A stretch of 64,000 nucleotides of DNA from Callorhinchus milii (Eukaryota): assembly GCF_018977255.1 (NCBI RefSeq), contig NW_024704742.1:87980001-88044000 (forward strand). The letters run 5' to 3'. Below the pieces are notes generated by a model. That model ran no database searches. It saw nothing but the letters and a program-made list of their open reading frames with translations, and had not been told where the DNA came from. The first letter of the stretch is position 1. Every line of letters begins with the position of its first letter. Position numbers and translations under genes: made by a program. Positions 1 to 12,024 of this stretch are shown here, piece after piece.

Positions 1-158
1 CCTTTGCTTCTGATGCATAGGCTGTTGTCTCATAGCCATGTATTGCATGTCCTCCTGTAGGCGATTCAGTGGAGAGTCAGGTTTAATCCGGATGCCATAG
101 TAGTGATATTTAGAGTTTCCCCTGAGGGAACAGAGGTTTAAAATAGATCAGGCATTTA

Positions 159-296
159 TAATAATAATAATAATAATCCTTGCATTTGATATAGCACCTT
201 ATCATGTCATTTAGACGTCTCAAAGGGCTTCACAGAATATATTCTAAAGGGCATTGACTGTGTATTTTGTGGGCAAAACGTGGCAGCCAATTGCAT
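159..296 (-). mobile_element. SINE 3' portion with (TTA)n tail
   Basis: Matches the window's dominant SINE tail (aatccttgcatttgatatagc...cttcacagaatat...ggcagccaattg). Confidence 0.85.
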
Positions 297-303
297 TTTC
301 TAC

Positions 304-1265
304 AATAATAACAATAATAAAAAAAGAAATAGAAAGTTGCTCATCCGAACCAACAAAAGTGGCACTTGGAATGAAAATTTTCCTTAAAGAGAAAACAATG
401 TCTTGTAGAAAAAACAAATGGGAAAAAAAAATCAGGCATGGTCAATGTCCAAGAGAAATAAAAGAAGAATTCCCAGATATGAACCAAAGCTACGACTGGT
501 TGACCAACAGAGATCTGAAGGCCAAAACCAAAACTCTCATGTTATCGGCATAAGACAAAGCTATTACGACCCGATATTATGAAAATAAGATCTTAAAGAG
601 AAACATTGATCCAAAATGCAGAATATATCATTAAGCACCAGAAACAGTAAACCAATAATGTCATCATGTCCAGGCCCTAGCACGATCTGAGTGTCTTATT
701 AGACATAATAATGTAGCTAAATATATTCACCGGGCAATTTAGAAACACTTTAATTGATGTAAAGACTAACTGGCATGAACATCAACCAAAAAAAGTGACA
801 TTGAGAAACAACATTACAATAATCTGGGATTCACAAGTACATACAGACAGGACAATCAGCTGTAACACACCAGATATTATCACAAAGAATCAAATAGATT
901 GTAGATGTATTATTATTGATGTGGCTATCCCAAGTGATAGCAATGTGAAAAATAAGGAACTAGAGAAGACCAGGAAATACAATATATCGATCTAGAAATT
1001 GAATGCAGACACCTGCCAGTATAAAGCAAGAGTAGTTTCTAATAATCATTGGTGCAATTGGGACTGTTAAGACAATTCAAAAATGGCTTCACAAAATGTC
1101 AACCTTCTGCAAAAAGGAACTATTTTAGGAAGTTTAAACACACTAAGAAAAGTAAAAACATCCATTTATATAGAATGTGGCAGTGTTATTGGTCTGACTG
1201 ACCCATCCCTGAAAATCACTTAGAAACTACATCTGTGATTTGAACTGTAACAACGTAATAATAAT
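304..1265 (+). mobile_element. Decayed 3' part of an RLE-type non-LTR retrotransposon (R4/Dong/Rex6-like)
   Basis: Broken frames give a CCHC-like region (CRI..PETVN..SSCP, RHNNVAKYIH) and a restriction-like endonuclease motif (IIWDSQVHTDRTISCNTPDII...IIIDVAIP...EK). Both ends lie in TAA repeats. Confidence 0.65.
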
Positions 1266-1311
1266 TAGAATAAAAATCATAAAACTGAAAGATGTTGGTT
1301 AGGTAACCAAC

Positions 1312-1493
1312 CTGGTGCCCAGACGCCTGGTGCGCAGACCCATGAAAATGGAGCGAATAAGTTTCCCAAAAGAAGCTGCATTCACTGGGTCGAGCTTCTG
1401 TTCCTGACAGTGGCGCAGGTAGTGGTTGTAGAGAGTGCTTCTGGGAAGACTGACGCCTTCAGCTGTTTCATAGTTGTCCAATAGCCACTGAAG
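1312..1493 (-). CDS. RFX3: RFX3 coding exon 5, winged-helix RFX DNA-binding domain ([61 protein letters not shown]), 182 nt
   Basis: Acceptor ttcatctttag|CTT and donor AG|GTTGGT. The residues [10 protein letters not shown] and SIFMGL fit RFX3 better than RFX1 or RFX2. Confidence 0.97.
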
Positions 1494-1574
1494 CTAAAGA
1501 TGAAGGTTAAAATAATAGTATTAGTAATTATCCATTTATTTTCTGGCTAGGTGTGAGTATAGAGTATAAATTCA

Positions 1575-1825
1575 GAACAAATCTATGGAACTACTTCAGT
1601 GAGAGAGTAGTAAACTTGTGAAACAGGCTCCCTAGGGAGACAGTGGAAGCAGAAAATGTCATTTGTTTCAAGAACAAATTAGATAGATTTGTGCAAGAAA
1701 TTAATATCTCGGGTTACAGTGTATAGTTTGGGACATGACATGTCAAGCGACCCCCAGAAGGGTGGAAGCCGAACTAGATGGACATTGGTATTTTTTCACC
1801 TAGCAAATTCTTTTGTTCATATGTA
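1575..1825 (+). mobile_element. CR1 LINE 3' end fragment
   Basis: F..RVVNL*NRLP.E.VEA...FK.KLDRF-like terminal ORF2 motif. Confidence 0.65.
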
Positions 1826-3694
1826 AAGTAACGTTTGAGTTCACACATTTAGCTGAGACATATTCCTGTTGGTAGATAGCAGGAACGTCCAGGGCCAGCA
1901 ACCAACACTGTGTTCATCTGGCCAGTCTGAAAGTATAACCTCTTTTTTAAAAAAAAATCCTAACTGCTATCTCTCTCAATTAAACTTTTCTCCAATTAGT
2001 TATCGCCTCTCTTGAATTTTTCTGATGCATCATTTTATACAAAGATCTTAACATGCTTATATTGAGAATGATTCAAATACTACAAAATATTATTAATTAA
2101 ATGAAACATTAAAAAAAGTGTTCAACAAAAATGTAATTGACATGAATATTAAAGTCTACATTATATAAAGAAGATTCATCTTCTGCAGGTGTACGCTGAC
2201 AAGTATGCCAAGACCTGGTTATGCACCGTTATACTCTTTTATATCATAGAGTACTTGTTCCATCTTCAAAGCAACTAAACCTTTTTTGTTGAAGAACCAG
2301 GCGCTTGTATTTGCAATCATCTCTCAACACTATAATCCTTTCATGTGAGCTTGTGATCCTAAAGTCAAAACGTCACAAAGTGCTCCACAGGGAATTGTAT
2401 AAAGTGCAGTGACTGTGACGGCAACCAAACTGCAGACAACAATAACTAGGAACCTTCTCCTAGTTAAAAGGCTAACATGTTACATAGAGAACACACACTA
2501 CATAGAGAACGCAAAAGTGTCGCAATGTGAACAGTTTTTTCTTCCTGTCGTCAGGCATTCGGTGTTACGTCATTAAAGTGTTTTTTAGATGCTACAACCA
2601 GGAATAGGATCTCTCAACAAAGGTCAAGTTTAATACATGTTATGCTTTAAAATCTCACTCAATTTAGTATTCTGAAGAAAAATGTGGAAATATTGAAAAG
2701 AGGATGTATCTGATATTTAAAAAAACTGGGTAATACTTTTTTATAACCATGCTAGATCACTGCCATCAAAGGTCAACCCAAATGCAAGGATTATTGTGAC
2801 TAAATAACAACCACATTGAGTCAAGCTTTCATCTTACTTTCTATCCCTTATAAATTTCCGCCGATATTACTGTTTGAGATTACATAATGTTGTTAGAATC
2901 ATTCATAAGATTGAAGCTGTCCAGAGGAACGTTTTGTTCAAACCTAAAATATAGCTTTAGTAAATGAAGCAGTTAATGCTCCTGATCAAACCTCACTCGC
3001 AACTACTTGTGAGCACTCTACAAATGTGCATAATTGAATTGCTTCCAAAACACTGCTGCAAAACAGCTATTTTGAACTGCAATGCTCTTTCAGATGTCAA
3101 CATCAAGTGAAAAGGATTGGGATTAAAAAGTTAACTTTGGAGTTTCGCTAGTGATTTTGAAATTCGTGATTAACTTTCAGTGTTTGAGGACAAAGACGAG
3201 TGAAATCATGCACTGTGTAAAAAAGAGCTTTTCGAACAGTCTTTTGTAATATTCGCAGACAATAAGAAAATGGAATGAACTTAAATGCGGTATTCAAGTG
3301 CAGAAAGAGAGCTAATTAAATCTCCAATGACCTACAGATTCAAGCTTTGTCAATTAAAAAGGATGAATGGAATACGTTTTGCTTAATTTTCCCAAGCCAC
3401 TAAGGGCTTGACATTCTTATTTTCGCTAATTTTAGCAGTAATGTAGACTTGTGTAAATAAGAGCAGAACATTGATGGACAAATCTTCTGTATTCTCAACA
3501 TTCCTATCCGTGTGAAACAAGATTTAAACACCTGTGCAGGACAGGAGGAAACAAGATCAATTTGCCTTGTTATAGGCCAGTCAGGAGGAATGCTTGCAAA
3601 ATTGCTGAGCTGAGAAATCACATAGAAAGTGAGTGTTTCATTCTAGACCAGGCCTAGAGTTGGTAAGCCAAGCATTGAAAACAGTGACAGATTT

Positions 3695-4180
3695 CAATAA
3701 CACAATACAATTTAGATTTATATAGTGCCTTTCACGTCGGAAGGATGTTTAAAAACGCTTCACAGTGCTGGGTGGGCACCCGAGTTGGGGGCGGGAGCAA
3801 ACCGGGGGATGGGAAAGGGGAAAAGATGACTGAAAGCGCAGTCAAAAGGATACATTTTGAGATGTACCTGAGAGGTCTGGGAGCACAAGGAAATAGTAAG
3901 GGTGTAATTTGAAGCAGTTAATACCCCGGGTAACAGGTCTTCTGCAATAGAGTGAGCTATCTGTTCATGACAGAGCAGCAGCATGTGAGGAGGATCACCA
4001 GGGAAGTTGTAACAGAATGTGCCACACCTGGCCCAAGAGTTGCTGAAGGTGAGGAAGGAGGCTGGATAATAATAATAATAATCCTTGCATTTGATATAGC
4101 ACCTTATCACGTTGTTGAGACGTCTTAAAGCGCTTCTCAGAATATACTCTAAACTGAATTGACTATATGTTGTGGGCGAA
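3695..4180 (-). mobile_element. Degenerate L2 3' end (about 3695-4065) followed by a SINE tail (about 4068-4180)
   Basis: Tail motifs atttatatagtgcctttcacgtcggaaggatg and aataatccttgcatttgatatagc. Confidence 0.7.
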
Positions 4181-6639
4181 TAAGTGTTTTTTAACCAAGA
4201 TAAATAATACTCCCTGCCTATTCCAAAACATCTTATTACATTTAACTTTTCCGAGCAAGATGTGCTATGGTAATAAACCATTAGTATCTTACTTGTAAAC
4301 TCTGATATGCAAATCAGTGCTTCTGAGAACAGTTGAAATATTTTCCCTAAGGCAAAAGTAGGGAAACAGCCTGTATCTATCCAGGGTTGATAAGGCCTGG
4401 GGAATAGAAAAACTGCACCAAGGGAGATAACTAATTATTCTATGTAATTTAATTCAAAACTTGCCCTGCCTGTTATAATTCCTTTGACATCTGTTACACC
4501 AGCATGATTTTGACGGCCAACAAGTTCTCTTGTGTGAAGAACATCTTTGAAACTTAATATTTTTTTCCTGCTTACATTACATTTTATTGGTCCTACCAAA
4601 AGAACACAAACGTAAAGTCATAGCACTCAGACAAAATGGTACTAAGATTTGCTGATGTACTTAAACCAGGAAGCTCTGTTCTCCTCTCACAAAAACTATG
4701 ACAATGTAACATCTGCATGTGATTTGGAGGCATTACAATGTGTGATGTAGGAATCAAGAGTCTACAGAGGTGCTTGTGCATCCCATCATTTTAAATGAAG
4801 TTACTGCAATGTGCTGTTGCCTCAAGCACTGCATTAATAGTGCCAGGTCTTTCTCTCTACTTTTCTCCTTGGTGGCATATCCCAAGAGCGCTGCACTACC
4901 GTTTGCTGTTAACTAGGAAATACAAGGCATCGCTTGCCTGGGTACCAAGTGGGCAATGCTGTAAAAGCATAGCACATATTTGGAATTCATTGCAGAAGGA
5001 AAATGGAGTCTGGACAGTTTTATCTTTCTGCTCTTCAAACACCCTTAATTAACAAATAATAATAGTTCCTCCACAATACACAGAGTGAAAATTATCATTT
5101 ACACCTGACCTAATACTTATTTTTTGTGTGTAGCGAGCAGGCTTGGTGAAAACAGGGCAGAGGAGAGGGAAGAATCTGACCCCTCCAGGACAGGTATAAT
5201 TAAGTCTTTCATTTAAATTCTGTGAAAAATGTGATGTTTTAATCAGCCTGCAGTGAATCAGAATCTATGTGCTATCTTCACTTCTCAAATGGATTAAGGC
5301 CAAAGAGGGTACGGTTATTGTTGTGTTAATCATTTCCTGGAATGAGTCCAAAGCACAATCATAGAATCATGCAAGTTGGCTCCAGTGTTGCCAAACATTA
5401 CAACTCAATTTTTAGTACTGCATTCACATTGTGAGTGAACATTCAGGACTAAAAATAGACTTATTAGCCCAACTGTGCCAACAAGAAGGCAATCCCATAC
5501 GGTGTTGGACTCACTGTTAGCTCCAGTCAAAGTCAAGGAACAAACACGACGACTCAAATCCACCGCTTGTTAAAATATCATAATGTCTCACCATTGGACT
5601 CATCTACCAGCCTGAGTCTATTTTGTCAGATCTACTCTGGTAATATCTCTTTTAAGCATTGATTATGCTAGCCAGGCAGTACTGGCTACATATCTTGGTG
5701 ATCATTCAGAGCACTATCAGTGATTCTTCAATACACATGAAATTAGTTATTCCCTATTTAAGCTTGTATATTGGAGAATGGTACTCTAGGATTTGGATAA
5801 AGGAAGGTACATGACAAATACCTGCTGTGCTTGGCTTAAAGTGCAACATGCTGACCCAAGGAATTGGGACTCAACCCTCATTCAACTGTAAACATTAGCT
5901 CATTTAATCTAACTGTAGCATCAAACAGGCACCCAGAGAGAATCAGTTTGTTCAGTGTTGTTGCTGTGATCAGAGTATCAGCTCCCATGCTGTGTTGTCA
6001 GACTCTGAGTTGAATCAAGATCCAGAGCATGTTATTTTATCAGCCAGCCGTGAAGTGAGTTATGTTCTCATCATATTGCCTATTTTGGAGTGCTCTTACA
6101 CCAATATTAATAGTCTATTAACAGACCAAACCATGGAGTACAGGGCTCCCCGATTCTTTAAAACAATAAAGGCTTGCAATGTTCTAACAGAGCAAGCCAG
6201 TAAGCCAGAATATGCAGTACTACTACTTCATTGTGCTGGAATAGATATACAATCCCAGAAATTTTTTGCAGTATATGGTTCCACCTAAGTAACACATTAA
6301 TATCATCTAACTTCTCCTTCATGGTGAACCCCCCAAAATGTGCCATCATAGACTGGGGTAAATTAAGCCTGTTTAACTTGCACTACTTCAAACTGTGTTT
6401 GGATTGCAAAGACGGACGTAAACATATTTCTGTCACAGCATGAATGGAATAAGATTAAGCTATAGTGTTGTATGCAGCAGCTTGTTTTGCTGGGGAAAGG
6501 AATAACACAAAACGGGAATGTGTTACTTGCAGCAAGCCAGCAGAAGCAAAATTTACAGGAATAGCAGCAGTCAGTCAGAGGAAGGCTTGTGCCACATGGA
6601 CAAAAGATTAAAGTAGTTTTGAAAGAAGAGGCAACTTAC

Positions 6640-6714
6640 ATGGCTGTTGAGAAGAGTGCTTCTGTGAGCTGTCAAACCATCAGACTTTTGGAGTGTCTCA
6701 ATCGCCATTTCAAT
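6640..6714 (-). CDS. RFX3: RFX3 coding exon 4 (IEMAIETLQKSDGLTAHRSTLLNSH), 75 nt
   Basis: Read by hand. Acceptor ctgtcatcag|ATT and donor CAT|GTAAGT, phase 0-0. Matches RFX3 IEMAIETLQKSDGLSTHRSSLLNSH. Confidence 0.95.
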
Positions 6715-7211
6715 CTGATGACAGATAGCATTAAAAAGTGCTCAAGATAAGGCAGTAAAAGCAGATTTCATTGAACACAGAAATAAATGAAAGAATGAAA
6801 AGCCATAACTGTTTTTTTTTGATGAGCAAGTTCTCACTGACAAATCTATACCACATTGAATACCTCTGCTCTACACAATTTAAACACAACACTATCTCAA
6901 GTGCAATTTGATTTACAATAAAGGATTTAAGATGAAAAGCGAGATTGAATGTCCTACTATTTGTACTTGCTTTATGTTGTGTTCCACTGTATAAACCAGC
7001 TCAGCTGTAGGTCATTCTGCAGGTGCCAATTCTAGATAGTGTTCAATGTATCAACTATATCACGCAGAATGTTCCAGTTTGTATGTCAAATTACATGCAC
7101 CTATTCTATTCATACCATTTGCAAGAGCTCTACTTCATATACGTATTACAGTAGAACCCCGTTATAAGTTGCTTCATTATATAGTGGATGTGTTCATAGC
7201 ACTGGGTGTGG

Positions 7212-7302
7212 TCAGCGCCTTGGGACGTCCTCCTTACAGCGCCTTGGGACGTCCTCCTGACGTGAAAGGCGCTCTATAAATGGAATCTTGTTGTTGTTGT
7301 TG
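7212..7302 (+). mobile_element. L2 3' terminus with an internal duplication and (TTG)n tail
   Basis: cagcgccttgggacgtcctcct occurs twice, followed by gacgtgaaaggcgctctataaatggaatcttgttgttg. Confidence 0.8.
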
Positions 7303-7320
7303 GTCCCTACGCTTACTTAC

Positions 7321-7386
7321 CAACACAATCCAAAACATGCGGTGCCTACTCCGTTGGCGCTTTGCCAGTGCGGGACAGTCAAGTTG
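7321..7386 (-). other. Candidate extra RFX3 exon, 66 nt (QLDCPALAKRQRSRHRMFWIVL)
   Basis: Acceptor cattaacctcaacag|CAA and donor TTG|GTAAGT. No stop codon, phase 0-0, four retained CpGs. No homology recalled. Confidence 0.35.
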
Positions 7387-8429
7387 CTGTTGAGGTTAAT
7401 GCACATAAGCACATAGTGCAGGAAATAACACTGATGGTGATTTGATGACATGTGGCGAGTCGACCACTTTAGCTTCGCAGGTGTCAGCTAGTGGTTTTCT
7501 TTCTGATCTCATCCTCAGTGCATGCACAAGTTCTGACTGTCAGTTATGCCCTGGTACAACATTGGATTTTAAGGATCCCAACTACCAGGATACAAAGGGG
7601 CTTCATGGTATACGCAGGACTCTGCATAGCAAATATATTTCATACCGGATGTTTCACTTCATATACCAGGCGCATTTTGCATTGCATGTACCAATTTGCT
7701 ATTTTGCAGATATTATACTGTATGTACCGATTTAGGGCACGCTAGATTGTGTGTCAGGTCAGCTTCCTGTCATATGGAGTGTACAAGCTGTGTCCTGTAC
7801 TTCAAATACCAGCTAAATACACTTCATGTAAAAGCTTTGCTTTGTCACAATCTGTACACCAGAAGGCACTTACCTGCCACACACTAAATTGTATATCCTA
7901 CGTCAGACGTGCATTGTGTGTCATATTAAAAACATACTTAGTAGATGTGCAATTCAACGTTGCAGTTGACATATTAAGTGAACACTATGCTACAAGTTGT
8001 AGTCGGAACCGCTTGCCAGAAGAGATTACAGAAGATAAGGAAATATCTTGTGTTGAATTACAAGGTAATAATCCAGTCAGGGATCCAGGCTATTTTACAG
8101 AGAGAAGAGGAACCCATGTATGTTCAAACTTGGAGATTAGATGACGGTTCTAAACCCTTTGCTGATGTTTATTTAATAACATGTATAATGCATACATAGC
8201 ACCAGATTTTCCTTACTATTCTTTTCTTATAACTATAATGGTGTGTTAAATGTTAATAAAATGGGTAACAGGTTCAATAGGCTGAATGGCCTCCTCCTGG
8301 TCCTGTTTTCCAATGATTTAAAGCTGCTACTTGATAGAATAACAACAGCAACTTGCATTTGTATAACTTCCTTCATGCGAGGTTACATCTTGGAGGGCTT
8401 AACAATTGCATAGTTTGACAAAATTGCAA

Positions 8430-9180
8430 GATCGGCCTGGATGAAGAAGGCCCTCCAGCCAATTCAATCTAGAACACCCAACCTACCAACCCCTCAACAT
8501 TGCACCAAACTGCTTTTTAATGGAGTCCAGTGTCCTGAATTCTACCACCTTTTCTGGCAACCCATTCCTGTTGTTGATTACCCTATGTGTAAATACAAAC
8601 TTCTGATTCTAAACCTATGTCCTCTTGTTCTATTGTCTTGATGCATCCTAAAGCATTGTTGAGTTTACTTTTTCAACCCATTTAAAATTTTGTACACCTC
8701 TACGAGGTCCCACGCTGAGCAGACTTCTCAAGATTGGGTGCAGATCCCTGACTGTCCAGAGGCTTGGGACTTCCTCCTGACATGAAAGGCACTAAACAAA
8801 TGTAATTTGTGAAGAGCTGTAGTTCGTCTAATTGTTGCTTACTGCTCATTTCTCCAACTGTAGGGATCATCCCCGTTGCTCTCCTTAGGTAGCCCCTTAA
8901 TGTCACAGTGACTAGAAGTGTACGCAGTATTCAAGATGTGGTCTAACCAGATCACCGTACAGCCAGAGTATGACATCTGGGATATGTGTAGCATCCCGTT
9001 TGCCTTGTTTATTGCTGCCTCACACTGTTTTGACATAGTGAATGATGAGTCAACTAACACCCCGAGATCTCTTTCAGCTTCCCCCTTGGCAAGTTCAATC
9101 CTACCATTGGAGTATTTGTGTTTCCTATTCTTGGATCCTATATGTAGTGTCTTGCATTTATCAGTGCGTGCATTGTGAGC
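8430..9180 (-). mobile_element. CR1 LINE ORF2 3' fragment
   Basis: ORF 8839..9273 contains KCKTLHIGSKN...ERDLGVLVD...QCEAAINKANGML. Confidence 0.85.
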
Positions 9181-9509
9181 CTGGAAGAAAGGGGAGGTGT
9201 CCGTAGACACAGTCGAAATATCAAGCAATACTGACGTTAGGGCATAGGACCTGAAGAAATATTTGTGATGCAAGAACAGTACTTTTTAGCAGACTATCTT
9301 TTTAAATGAATTATTAGAAAAGTGCCACCTTCATGAAACATAATCTTTTCTTAATGTAATATATTATATTCAAATTTGATCAGGATTATGGGAACTTCTC
9401 AATTTATACTTTAATCGTTGCCACCACTAACCATAAATATTCCTAAAATATGCACAGCAACTCACATTAATGCCATACTCAGGTGCAGGGCTGACAGGAG
9501 CAGCATACT

Positions 9510-9702
9510 TATAATAATAATCCTTGCATTTGTTATAGGCCCTTGCATGACCGGAGGATGGCTCAACGTGCTTCACAGGATTTACATTTCGCTGACAAAA
9601 TACAGTCAATTCACTTTACAATATATTCTGTGACGCACTATGAGACATATCAATGAAGCGATAAGGTGCTATATCAAATGCAAGGATTATTATTATTATT
9701 AT
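9510..9702. mobile_element. Two SINE 3' fragments joined head-to-head
   Basis: A minus-strand tail at about 9510-9580 is followed by a plus-strand tail at about 9586-9702 ending in (TTA)n. Confidence 0.75.
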
Positions 9703-10477
9703 TTACTGTAGGTGAAAGCGGCAGCCAATTTATAATCAGAACAAATTTACAGCAGAGAAGGAGGCCATTCGGCCCAGCAAGTCTACACCGGCTCTCAGAG
9801 CAAAGTTCATTCAATCCTATTCAATCCTTGTTTTATCCCCATACTCTTTAAGTCTCTATAAGCGATGGTCCATAAACAGCTACAAAGTGAATGACCAATT
9901 TTCACTGGGGGATTGTTGTCTCTTGTAATCTAAATGAGGTGATATACATGCACATTTCACTATTGAGGCTGCGACAGAGTCAGCTGCAGCTACTGGTGGC
10001 ATGTGTGTGAACACATCAACACACATATATAACATGCGTATATGGTCACAAAAGTGCCTCACACACAGCCAGATTCTGCTGTGGTCACCTCCCGCCTCTG
10101 GATGCAGGAAGAGCAGCAGAAACACTGAAGAATCGCTTCAGTTATTTTACTGTTGTTCCAGTTACTGCACACGACTTGCATGCAATTACATTTGAGCCTG
10201 AGATGGTGTGCCTCAAACCTGTCATCAGACCAGACAAGATATTTCCAGCTGTGGGAAGAAGAGCAGTGCCAGCTTGTCAGTGGCTTCACTTTTGTGCTGC
10301 TCTTCCTGTTTCCGTAAACTATTGCCACAATTACACAACCAGTCTGATATCAATTGCCCTCCTGACGGTGGGTCAATCCCTCATAGCCACTTATTTTCAG
10401 ATGCTGATGGCTGAACGCGTTCAGCTGCCACATGCCACTGTTGCTGCCAGCTCTCCCAGTAGCTGAATAGTCAGCAA

Positions 10478-10780
10478 CATAATAATAATCTTTGCATTTG
10501 ATGTAATAATAATAATCCTTGCATTTGATATAGCGCCTTATCACGTCCTCGAGACATCTCAAAGCACTTCACAGAATATACTGTAAAGTGAATTGACTGT
10601 GAATTTTTTGTGGCTGAAACGTGGCAGCCAATTGCGCACAGCAGTGCCCACAAACAGTCATGGATTAAGTGACCAAATTATTATTAGTATTTTTCTTTGA
10701 AGGAATTATTACCCCTGGAAAAATGATCCGTCAATCGACTAACAACCGGGTTCCTACTTACTGCTAGGTAAACTGAGAAA
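10478..10780 (-). mobile_element. SINE, long form, 5'-truncated, with a duplicated tail
   Basis: aataataatc(c/t)ttgcatttgat occurs twice; body runs to gggttcctacttactgctaggtaaac. Confidence 0.85.
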
Positions 10781-11557
10781 ATTATGGGGAAAAAACTCGA
10801 CTGGAACCAAAATCACCTGATATCCCGGTTACCATTATTTTTGTAGTCGTAGATCAGGAAAAAAGATGCTCAAGTCTTGCAAATGGGTGGGACATATGAT
10901 ATCAAATCACCTTGAATGTACAATCCACACTGTGCAAAACAAAATCAGAAAATGGAAAAGATTTTTAAATTGAAGGCTGCAAAGGCACAACGGTCCACTT
11001 ACGCATGCAGCTGGAGGCCTGATATAAAAGCATCAACGAAGAAACACCTTGAGGACAAAGAGTGAAGAAATCTTTTGGAAGAGATCTGCATTTCAAAGCA
11101 GGGTACGAGAATAAATATATCAAATAAGCGCGCAATTTACATTACTGACAAAAAGAAATACTTAGTACATTTATTTGGATAAGGAATGCACTCAAGATAA
11201 TAGGTTAACAAGCAAGTACAGTGATTTGTAGCCTGGGACTGCGCGTTTCAGTGGTTCTGATTGCATTACTTTTTGTTCAAGATTTTTCAGCCTGACGTGC
11301 ACAAATAACATCCTGCTGCATTAAACTTAAAACACGTTATATTTATTGTGGTGATCAAATTGAGAACCTGTTTAAACAGCAAAATGAAGGTCTCAAAGAG
11401 TTAATAATATCTGCATGGATGGTGGAGGGGTTGAGGGGAGAATAAGAGGAGGAAAGATATGTTCACCATCTAACCTGGAATGTCAAACCTCGGGCATTAG
11501 CTACTGTATTAGCACCTGACCTGAGGGATTAACCCGTCTGATTTAATAATAATTTTA

Positions 11558-11800
11558 ATAATAATCCTTGCATTTCATATATCGCCTTATCAAGCCATTG
11601 AGGCTTCACAGAATATGTTGTTAATTAGATTGACTGTGTATTTTGTGGGCGAAACCCAACAACCAATTGAGCACAGCAGTGTCCAACAAACAGTTGTGGA
11701 TCGAGTGATCACATTTTTTTTGGAGGGATTATTATATCCGAAAAGTGAACTGCCAATCACCTAACAACTGGGCTCCTACTTTACAGCTAGGTAAACAGAC
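11558..11800 (-). mobile_element. SINE, long form, diverged
   Basis: Same tail and body motifs as the 10478 copy. Confidence 0.75.
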
Positions 11801-12024
11801 GTCTCAGATGGATGTTAAAAATCTCATCACCCAGTTTAAAAAAAAGGGAATTCTCTGGGTGTCGTGGCCAACAATCTGCCAGATTAATTGGTCAGTCACC
11901 TCATGGATGTCTGTGGGACCTTGCTGTGCAAATGGCTGTTACACTTTCCTACAAATACACAGCCACTGAATTTGACAATAAATCTGTCAAGCATTTTGAG
12001 ACCAGAATATTCAATGTGATAAGA

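Noticed and set aside
1312..1493. Assignment to RFX1 or RFX2
   Set aside because: The N-terminus MQTSE, the IEMAIETLQKSDGL exon and the DBD residues [16 protein letters not shown] all fit RFX3 better.
10997..11030. Possible 16-nt micro-exon (ttttatatcag|GCCTCCAGCTGCATGC|gtaagt) containing TGCATG
   Set aside because: GTAAGT is common by chance, the length is frameshifting, and there is no other support.
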